Origin: Balanoglossus misakiensis
Taxonomy: Eukaryota > Animalia > Hemichordata
Length of the DNA: 64,000 nt
NCBI GenBank assembly: GCA_040954595.2
Contig: CM082591.2
Span: 3,767,957-3,831,956 of the forward strand
Direction: 5' to 3'
Shown piece by piece: positions 1 to 10,500 of the stretch. Every line of letters starts with the position of its first letter. Position 1 is the stretch's first letter. Position numbers and translations under genes: made by a program. Below the pieces are notes generated by a model. The model was not told the DNA's origin, did not search any database, and worked only from the letters and a program-made list of their open reading frames with translations.

Positions 1-1179
1 CACACGCAATATTTGTATCAGGTATTATATTTTTATTTTAAAATGACTAACAAAACTAAAAGATATTTTGATATTAGTGTGTGACAAGGCGCAATGGCAA
101 TGTATTCATTGTTTTGTGCTGGCTAACTGGAATACACGGCAGGGGATCGGCGGGGGTCTCAGTGTCTGCGTTCAGTGACCTCCGACAAGAGCCGTTTAGC
201 GTATTAGAAAGTGCAATGGTTCGAGTTCACCGGGTCTGGCCAGCACTTGGCCACTGGCACTTTTTGTCTGCCACCATTGCAACTTTTACATCGACGGAAC
301 AAGTATTTCACAATGCTGTACACGAAATTACACAAGAGTCCTTCGCACATGACCAAGCAATTACAGAGTCCTTGGAATGAGCGTTGTGTTTTGGTCCAGT
401 ATTTTGATGAGAGATTCTCTCACGTTGCCAATCATGACAATGGCATATCACCGCCATGACCAACGCCCAGGGGACCCGCGTTGCCAAACGTTGACATTGC
501 CTCTGTCCCCATGTGCAATATCTGTCAACTCCCGTTACGTCGCTATAGTAACCCACGGTCTGTGTGGAGTGACCGTGAGTCACCCAATAACCTAGAAACC
601 GCGATATCCCCTACAGTATGACGTGTCGTGCCATCGACAACAGGAAAGTCACTACCGGCATTCTGTTGACAGTTGCGTACGTGTTTACCAGCAGCGGCGT
701 GGTGAACGTGATTTCCGTCGTGCGTCATGTACTTGCGTGCGTTCGCTCACGTCATCGAGCGATCACGTACAGCGGTTCTAAACACGGTCGACCCCTAATC
801 TATTTGCGATGAAAGTCAACAAAAATAGAAATTATATTACTTAATTCCGGACCCAGATTTAAACTTGTTTATACACCACCGAAAGCAGAGCCAGGTTTAC
901 ATTAATATTCTCCAGTCACCGTTGACCTTAGTAGCTTAAACCTATTGAACCTTCCGTAACAGCGGAAAATATTGTTCTACTTGACCGCATTTTAATTGTC
1001 AGGTGCTTGTTTACAGTTAACCAGTCGACGCCTGCTCGAAGTCTACGCACATAAATTTAAAAAAAACCTCCATGGTGATAATATCAATGAAGTGCGTATA
1101 GGCTGTTGCACGTATTGTTTCCATCTACACTGCCAAGAGATGTCTTTCTGACAATTTGGAATTTTTCTACCTGTTACAG

Positions 1180-4100
1180 ACTGTGCCACGTGGTTCTCTT
1201 GGCATGGTATGTCCGAATTTGTACCGACAAATTTCTTCTTTCAAGGTAAGCCCAATGTAAATACCAAGTATATCATACTTGTTTCATTGGTGTCGGATGT
1301 TGCTGAATGTTAAGGAATGTCTCGATGGATGTTATGGGTCCGTGGCTAATGACGGCCAAGTGAAATCCTAATATTTCAGGAATTGGACGAATTCCTTTTT
1401 TGTCGTGACCTTCAGATTACATATAAGGAAGAGCACATCTTTATACATTGCCTTTGAGATCCACTTTCATGTTTCAGGGTTTGTTAGACATAGTTCCAAT
1501 TGTGTTATGTTGATATTATTATGGCAAGTATTACAGAACGTTGCATTTGTCAGTTGGAAACAAAGTTCTTATCATTAACCTCCACTACAGGCTGATGATA
1601 TCCAGGTGACACTTGCCGACAAGCTGCAGCCCAAACCGGATTCAGACAAACTGGGGTTTGGCGGCATTTTCACAGATCACATGCTCACCATTAAATGGAA
1701 GAAAGAAACAGGATGGGGGAAGCCACAAATCTGTCCCGTCCAGGAATTTCCGATGCACCCGGCCACTGCAGCGTTACACTACGCTATCCAGGTACAGTCG
1801 CTTGGCTTTGCCGCTGTATGTTGCTTGGGTTTCGAAATTGTAGTACCCAAATTCACCTAAAGTGATAATAAATAGACCCAGCCCCCCAACCCTATCCACG
1901 AGACCCTATGGGATCTTGTGTTGGCAAGGCAGTGTAAGACTGCAAATTAACATACCTCATTTTGTAGGCCCTTTAGCAATTTGCATGTTAACTATACCTA
2001 CATCTGTGTTGGAATACAAAAGCCACAAACACGTTTGGAGTGGGTGGCCACATTCCATTTCTGACCTGCGGCTGTCGGTCTTACATTGGTGGCAGCGGTG
2101 GGATTCGATCCCACGCCATCGAAATGACTGGTGCCTAAAACCAGTTTACATGGGAAGACAGTCTCATTTGTATACACACGACAAACAAGACGGCCCATCG
2201 TGACAAATGTCACAAAGTATATACCATGTACTTGTATTACTCATCCTTCTGGCCGTGAAGAAAGCAAAAAGAATCTTCCAAATATTCAGGTGACAATTAA
2301 TATTTCCGTCATTGTAGTTGTTTGAAGGTATGAAGGCCTATCGCGGCGTCGACAACAAAGTCCGCATCTTCAGACCCGAAGGAAACATGCAGAGAATGTT
2401 GAGAAGTACGAGAAGGCTTTGTCTACCGGTGAGCAATTTAAAAATAATGTATTTACTAGTTGTTTCGTTTTTATGTTGATTTGTTAACTGGAAGTTTCTA
2501 CACCTCTAATTCACAGGAATTCGATGGTGATGAATTCTTACTGTGTTTGAAAAAACTGCTAAGCATTGACAAGGAATGGGTTCCTTACTCAACGGACTGT
2601 TCCCTGTACATCAGACCTACGCATATTGGAACCACGGTGAGTTGACCGTATGCCTGACAACTTGCTTCAGTTCATACAGAAACGTGCATCAGAGGACAAA
2701 TGGTGATCGTGAGATGTAACAAAATATTTTCCAAACTTTTATAAAAATGAAGTGGAACTTTTATACCTTGATCCTGCGATACTCAAAACAAAAATTAGCT
2801 GCGTTATGCAGAATAGAAATTTGCTCCTATGTCTGTGATGGTGGATCTCTTGTTGTTTTTCTGTACAGGCACACTTGATGCCAAAGCCGTGCAACGAGTC
2901 ACTTCTGTACGCCATCCTGACGCCCGCTGCTTCAGTCTTTCCCGGCGGTCGCTTCAGTCCTGTCAAACTGTTAGCTGACCCACAGTTCGTCAGAGCGTTC
3001 AAAGGCGGCGTTGGGGATTACAAATTTGGCGCGTAAGTACACATGTACGCTACCCACGCTAGACTGAAAACCTACAACAATATTCCAGTCATTCGCTTTC
3101 ACCAATAAAATCAGACAGAATAGTTTGATAATTCTTTTCTCGTCGACTTTGTAGAAATTATGGCCCAACAATCTGGGTACAAGAAGAAGCAATGAAACGG
3201 GGCTGTCAGCAAGTTCTCTGGCTGTTTGACGATGAACATTACGTCACCGAAGGCGGAGTAATGAACCTATTCATGTACTGGAAAAACACAGACGGAGGTG
3301 ATATGTTAATTGTGTATGGAAAAAAATCACGGTCTGAGTAGATTATTTCTGACAGAAGGGAGATGTTGTGTAGAAATGTTGTGTTTCAGAATTCAATTGC
3401 TTGCTTGCTAGCTACGACATTTCTGGACATCATATACTAGTAATTACAATAAAGATAGTTCCGATTATGATGTCAAATATAACACTAAATTAAGCTACAA
3501 TTTGATGGTCTTCTTCGCTATATTTCAGAAATGGAACTGATTACACCACCACTAGACGGTGTCATTCTTCCCGGAATCACCCGGAAAAGTCTGCTTGACT
3601 TAGCCAGAGAGTGGGTGAGTTATATTTCGAAAGTCTATCCTTGCGGGCCTTTTCCTCGGCTGGTATGCATATGAGATAAAGTAGTCCCAGTAGAACTACT
3701 TTCTGCTTGTAAACATTGAATGCCATGCACACCAGAGCTGCGGATTGCAATCGGCGAATCGCCGTGATTATGGAACATTTTGACCTATAATTTTATTATC
3801 CGTAGCACCTGTCGTCCGAAGAACAATGTACTTAGTTGTCAGTAACTTGGGAACCTCAAAATTGACGAAAATCCTCGTTGCTATCGCCGGTGTTATCGAG
3901 TACTGCCGACGCGTTCTCGTGACCCCTGAGCCACACCACTAGTGACCTGACCTATAACCTTACTTTGCATAACCAGAGACGCGTGGCTTGGCCAATGAGC
4001 GGCCGCCTCGTGGTTGCCCCATCACTGCCGCATTACTGTACTGAAAATCAAGACGCCGCAATTGAAACTTGGGGAACTTATGCAATAACAACATAAATCC

Positions 4101-4942
4101 ATAACTTTCTGTGCACTTTCTGTGCCGTACATATTTTATTTTCTTTCGGAGATTTATGATGTAGGCTCGCTATACTTACAGGAGTACAATCACCCGAATT
4201 TACATAGCCTATCCCAATATATTATGCTTACCGTGAGGTATATGTTTTGTGATCATTTTGGTTGGTCAATTTAAATTTACAAAATATTCACGATATCAGT
4301 ATTGATATTCCGATATTTCAATTTACAGAACGAGTTTAAAGTGTCAGAAAGAAGGTTTACAATTGGCGATATAATGCAAGGACTGAAAGAAAATCGGGTA
4401 AGGATACGTGTGCTTGCGTACATTAGATTCTCCAGTGATGTCGAAGGCGAGTGTGATGCAAGAAAAAAATTGTGTGTGGAACGAGAAATGGCAAATTGCA
4501 TCCAGTGGAATTTGTCGTCATCGATCACCAGAATCAGCATCTACTTTCAAGTTTAAACTTCTTCCTAACAGGTGTACGAGATATTCGGTTGTGGCACTGC
4601 CATCGTTGTCTGTCCTGTCAGTAACATCATATACGAGGGCGAGACTCTAGAAATACCGACCATGGATAAAGGTGCGCCCATTACAACACGGTTGATGAAG
4701 ACACTGACGGACATACAGGTTTGTGACACTGTCTATGTGAATGTAGACGGACGTAAATTTCACAGTTCGTCACAACTGATAACTTCCCACATCTGTGAAA
4801 GTTGGCATAAAAACAAGTATCACATATGTGCTCCTGGACCATTTGATGACAATCAAAAGTACTCACGGTAATTTTTTTCTGATTTCGATTTTTTCAGTAT
4901 GGAAGATCAATCAGAGAGGATTGGACGCACGTGATAGAGTGA
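1180..4942 (+). CDS. BCAT: Branched-chain amino acid aminotransferase paralogue A (fold-type IV PLP enzyme), spliced; divergent active site; exact start uncertain
   Basis: GT-AG exons that join in frame: 1180-1245, 1591-1791, 2318-2428, 2517-2636, 2869-3032, 3155-3297, 3529-3614, 4329-4397, 4572-4718, 4898-4942 (TGA). Motifs: [38 protein letters not shown] (Schiff-base Lys), [35 protein letters not shown]. First in-frame ATG inside these exons is at 1204 (375 aa). An upstream ATG at 1072 has only weak donor sites. Confidence 0.93.
1921..2144 (+). mobile_element. Solo-LTR-like retro-element: purine-rich tract, 153-bp LTR (TGTAAGAC...GTCTTACA), then tRNA-Leu primer-binding site extended to 58 nt
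   Basis: Perfect 8-bp terminal inverted repeats at 1933-1940 and 2078-2085; GGCAAGGCAG immediately 5'; TGGTGGCAGCGG begins 1 nt after the LTR end. Confidence 0.75.
2087..2144 (-). pseudogene. 3' portion of tRNA-Leu(TAG) with encoded CCA; not a functional tRNA
   Basis: Minus strand reads CTGGT-TTTAGGC-ACCAG (anticodon arm, TAG), long variable arm, GTGGG-ATCGAAT-CCCAC (T arm), CGCTGCC-A-CCA. The D arm and 5' acceptor strand are absent. Confidence 0.85.
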
Positions 4943-5707
4943 AAAGCATAGGAACTGGGTACATGTATGTTTGATGGAAGATTTCTATGACGACTGCTGG
5001 AAGGCAATTTACATTGGCACAAGTTATCAAAAAACAGTCATTTATTCACTAGCAAAATGGAGGGTGTTCACAGATCATTCATTTAGAGATATGATGGCTC
5101 CTGAGCTAATATGCTTTGGTTTCATAATCTACGTGTATGCACCTCTAAAAGAACCTTGCTAAGTATGAAACTTAATTTTTACCACAATATGGACATACTG
5201 AAAGAATTAAATTAAGATTTTCAATAGAATAAAATATTATATGGCATGCTGACTTTAAAAATATGTGATAAACTACAAATTGTCAATGAAAACAACCTTT
5301 GTAAATAACCTTAATATGCCCTTGTTAATGATAGTGTTAATTAGTTTTAACCCAAAGACGGGGAAATAGTAAACTTTTTATATAGCTCTATACTATATTA
5401 GTTACCTAAGGATGACAAGAAGACTCACTGATATTTATTTATATTTTTGATGTAAGTCTTGTTAATATCTATTTATCTATTTATATATTATTTATCTTTT
5501 ACGTGTTTGCACAATTTCAAATCTACGTCATTATGACAACACTTATTTACATAGACCAGAATTTGACCTCTTTGTTTCAAAATTCACTTTGCTGGGAGAT
5601 AGTGGTAAATTTGTTACCACTCTTTTAAAAGTGAAAAATACAGAAACCTTAGTGTGTTTTTTTTAAAATGAATATCAAAGTTCTGTTTTGCACAATTTGA
5701 CTGAAAT

Positions 5708-6151
5708 AATAAATGTTGTGTTTGGATAAAAGATGCGTTTCCGTTCAATGTTTTGAATTATGCAAAATGTCTTTCAAAGCCACAGTAATGGATCAGCATT
5801 TACTGCTGTGATGGCTCTGATGAAATACGGCGTAAATGGCGCCCTCGTCGTTCATGCTCTGGCTAAGCTTTTGTTTATATAAATACATGTGCACATAAAG
5901 AAAAGCTTTAGTGTCACAGATATTTTTTTTAAATTTCAATTTAAGAAATATCCACTGATTGGTCAGCTGTGTAATTAGCATACACGTCATCATACAAGGT
6001 CTGGAATTCCATACTAGTATCCTTAAATACCATAAATAATTTATGTAAATGAGGCAGTTGGAAAAATAAACCATACATGTAGGAATATAATACTTAATGC
6101 TAATTTAAAATATGACTTTACCACAAAAATATGCGTTTTAAGCATTTTATT
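5708..6151. terminator. Candidate polyadenylation signals of the convergent BCAT genes
   Basis: Plus-strand AATAAA at 5708-5713 followed by a GT-rich tract (alternative at 5228); minus-strand AATAAA at 6146-6151. Confidence 0.4.
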
Positions 6152-7591
6152 TACACTTCCAAAATAATGTACATGTTGCAATATCACCTTAAGTTATTAA
6201 TCTCTACTAAACTACACTCAACACTACTCTCTGTAGTGTTAACTGTTATGGTAATTGAACCCTAAACCAGGTACAGGTACAAAGTGTAACTGCTACAATT
6301 CATATCAATGTGAGATTTCAAGATCTGAAACATAATCTTAAGTTGACTCCATGGAAGAAACATTTGTAACCATGATATATTTCAGTCTAGTCTTACAAAA
6401 ATGTACAAAAGCCAAAGTAATGATGCTAGTCCAATTGTCGATATCAGGATATCTGCAGGAGGCAAACACAGACTCTTTCTTTGAAGGAAAATAAAAATAA
6501 AATATAGATACTATACAACTACATCTGAAAACAAGCAAGTACACACATAAAATAAAATGAATATAAGAACTCAATATACAGGCACCGCAAATACAACACA
6601 TTAAAATAGTTTTGGACACAGAGTAATTGAACTGAGACATCATTTTGCGCTATAATTAACACTTGGGACAAGTCTGGTTGATCAGCTACAATTTATCTGA
6701 TTAATACAGTCCAGGAGTCTGTAAATGCAGTAACCCAAAAGGGCTGATTGAAGGAATAACTATCCATAATGCTCTGTATCAAAAGTAACTTCTGAATTTT
6801 ATGTCATTTGATCAGCCTTTTGTCAGGTCAAAACATCTAACAATATCGACAAGGTGGGAATTAGTATACTAGCAATATGTTTTGATACATGTTCATTGGA
6901 TGTTTGCTACACTGTTGCAAACTAGAAATATTTGACTTTTGTTACATGTCTCTTCCAAAGGAAAAACATTCCAACATACGAAAAACTCATTTTTTCTTTG
7001 CGAAGACACTTGTGCATGAAGTCTGGACAACTGTGTTTCTTTAAAAAAAATTAATGCTGAATTTGATCCATCACCCAAAACCATGCAAAGAATGTCTCTG
7101 TTGATTCTTCCTGTCAGAATAAGATCAAGGTCATTATCTTAAAATGGCTGGGAGGATCGGTAATTAATTTTCCTGATTACGTTACCACTTGAGTTGGCAT
7201 TGACATGGCATGAAAAAAAAAAATGGCAGGAATTGGTGAGACGTGAAAGAGCTTAACGCGCATCTTCCAAGGGATGGCCAACTTGCCTGAGACACTACTA
7301 CACAATTAACTATCCCTATAACCAAATACAATAAAACCTGTCTAGGTTTTATTGTACTGTACTTCCATGTCATTGTTTTGTATCAAAAGTGGTAAACAAA
7401 GCATATGCACTGTGTATTATATGAACCCAAGACAAAAAACTAAATTTTATTTCTTGTTTCCCTATTATGATAATCACCATAACTTTAACTTCATCCCTCT
7501 GTATAACCTATCAATTTTGCCAGCTGCAATATGAACTTGATATTGCTAATCTTTCTCTTCCTGACGTCCAGTTGCAGCGAATCTTGGTGTC

Positions 7592-10500
7592 CTACTCAAT
7601 AACCTGTACCCAGTCACTCTGTGTTCTTCCAAACTGAAACATAAACATCAGAAGTCGTCATTAGGATTGTGGAGGTTTAGTCAAATCTTTAAACTTAGTA
7701 TTTCCATTGACCATTTTGCAAACTCAACAAGTTTCCAAGATCCGTGATATTATTTATGGAGGACATCGTGTCCAAAAGGTACAATTTTTTGTTATACTCT
7801 GCACCTATTCTAGTTTCATGCAATGCTTGTTTGCATAAACAAGCCACCAACCCATTGCCACAGTAACTAACCAAGTCTTGATGTACCACTTACCTGTATA
7901 TCAGTGAGTTCTTTCATGAATCTGTTAGTCAAGGGCGCACCTTCAACCATTGTTGGGATTTCCAGCGACTGACCGCCGTAGAGAATACTGTCAACAGGAC
8001 AAACCACACAGGCTGTGCCAGCACCAAAGATTTCCAAAACCTAAGACATTCAAAGAAAATCAAATGATATAATCAGTTTGACTGACAACATTGCCTTGCC
8101 TGTGCCCACAATCAGCAAAAAGAACGTATGACTTTATGTATGTGTGTGTATATATACAATGTATGTGTATGTATGTATGAATGTATGCAAGTGGTACATA
8201 TGTACGAATATATGTATGAACTTATGTATTTTCATCCTTACCCGTTTGTCTTTCAAGGCTTTCATGACTTCAGCCATTGTAAATGTTCTTTCTGTTACTT
8301 TAAACTCATTCTGTAAAAATGAAAATAAAATCAACGTTTCAGTACAAATACATCAAAGCAAAAATACAACAGAGTATAATACGACATACACAGTATGAAT
8401 ACTCACCCAGTCTCTAGCCAAATCAAGCAGACTTCTTCTGGTGATGCCAGGAAGGATGAGGCCATCCAGGGGCGGCGTAACCAGTTCCTTCTCTGGAAAA
8501 TGAAATATTCAAACATTGGTGAGCGGGAAATGGAATACATTGTACAGGCAGTAGGTCGTGTGCCTACTAATAGTGCCCTCGCAGGACTGGTGAGTTAGCC
8601 AAACTCCAATGTAAGTTAGTGGGTCTTCAATCACCCATTACTACTTTTCTCATAGACAGGGGGTAAACACCCTGAAAAATAAACCACTTTTCGCATAGAC
8701 AGGGGGTGACCGTCCTAATATATTACACCACTTTCTCTCACCTCCTCTAGCATTCTTCCAGTACATGAAGATATTCATAGTGCCGACTTCAGTCAGTTGG
8801 TGGTCGTCGCCGTACAACCAGAGCACTTGTTGACATCCCCGCTTTACGGCCTCTTGCTGAATCATGATTGTCGGTCCGTAATTTCTATAAAAAAAATTAG
8901 CACAAAATAAAATCTTTTAACCACAGATGCAAAGACTTGCTGTCTTAGTCATGTTCCATACGCTTTGTAGGTTTACAGTCAAACGTGTGACAATGTGTTA
9001 GAAGCCACCTTCACATAGCAGAAACTTGTCTATAGTGGCCACTTCAATCCAGTCCCACTGAATTCATTGACTTGCCTATGTGGGCCACCTGTGTTTCAAA
9101 ACCATTGTTTCCTGCGACAAGACTGGACCTCCACACTGTTAAACAGGGGTGAAAGGGTTAAGGGAGGTCCAACTGTATCTTCTAACCTGCAATACTCACC
9201 CTCCCAGTTTGCTGTCTCCGACACCGCCCTTAAACGCCCGCACAAACTGTGGATCGGCCAGCAACTTGACGGGACTGAACCCGGTGGGGAAGTAGGGACC
9301 GACGGGACCCACAATCGCATACAACAACGACTCTGAGGCCTGGTTCACACCCAAACCTGCCTGAGAGGGGAAAAATAGACTTCTGTCAATAGCGAGGTTT
9401 GCGTTTGACCATCGACAACTGGATATACTTTTGTCAACCTAACATAAAAATTCATCATAAGTCTCCGCTAGTGTATAATCATGTTCTGCACCATCTAGTA
9501 TTCCAACAAAGAAACCCATACAAGACCACACAGATGAAGCCAGCTGAAGTTCTAGCAAGAAACTCAACATATATAATACTCACGTTTGTTCCTATATGTG
9601 TGGGTCTGATGTACAGAGTGCTGGTTGTTGAGTAGGGAACCCATTCCTTGTCGATGCTGATTAGTTTCTTCAAACATTTTGTGAATTCATCGCCGTCGAA
9701 TGCCTGGGTGGGGGGTACAAGACAAGATTCAATGACCAATATGATGGCAGTACATAAAAGCTGTTGTATTTCAAGAAATTAGTGAAGACTCTATCAATAT
9801 CATATTCCTTGTGTAACCTACGATAACTGGAAAATCTTACAGGGAGGCTGGCTCTTTCAGTACTTCTCAACATCCTCTTCATGTTCAACTCGGGTCTGAA
9901 GATGCGGATCTTGTTGTCCACACCACGATACGCCTTCATCCCTTCAAACAACTGCAAGAGAAGGACACAGTGATTACTGATCATGAAGAATGAATGAATG
10001 AATGAATGAATGAATGAATGAATGAATGAATGTAAAAATGAAGAATGAATGAATGAATGAATGAATGAATGAATGAAAAAATAAAATGAATCATTGAGAA
10101 AATAAATAAATAAATAAACAAACAAACAAACAAACAAACAAACAAATGTATATTACCTCAATAGAGTAGTGCAGAACGGAAGCTGCTGGATGCAACGAAA
10201 AATTCTGCAGAGGTTTGATCTGTGGTTTACCCCATCCCGATTCTTGTTTCCATTGGATGGTCAGCATATGATCCGAGAACTCCCGGCCAAATACCAGTTT
10301 GTTTGGGTCTGGTTTGGCCCTCAGTGTCTTGGCAAGCTCTACTTCGATATCTTCAGCCTGGGGAGAGGGTGTCAATAAAATTAAACTCGGAGAACCGAAA
10401 GAAACTTTATTTTTCAGGTGATAAAATGTACACTAATTCAAACAATGTAAACAGTAAATGAATACGTGTTTACGCAGTGATTCCATGAAGTGCTTAGAAT

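Noticed and set aside
81-812. Short ORFs upstream of BCAT-A
   Set aside because: No recognisable protein motifs; may be promoter or repeat sequence, but I could not define element ends
2087-2144. Functional tRNA-Leu gene
   Set aside because: Lacks the D arm and 5' acceptor strand, has A at T54 and an encoded CCA; it is part of a retro-element
1862-2203. 113-aa ORF in a BCAT-A intron
   Set aside because: Simply the translation of the LTR and antisense tRNA; no protein motif
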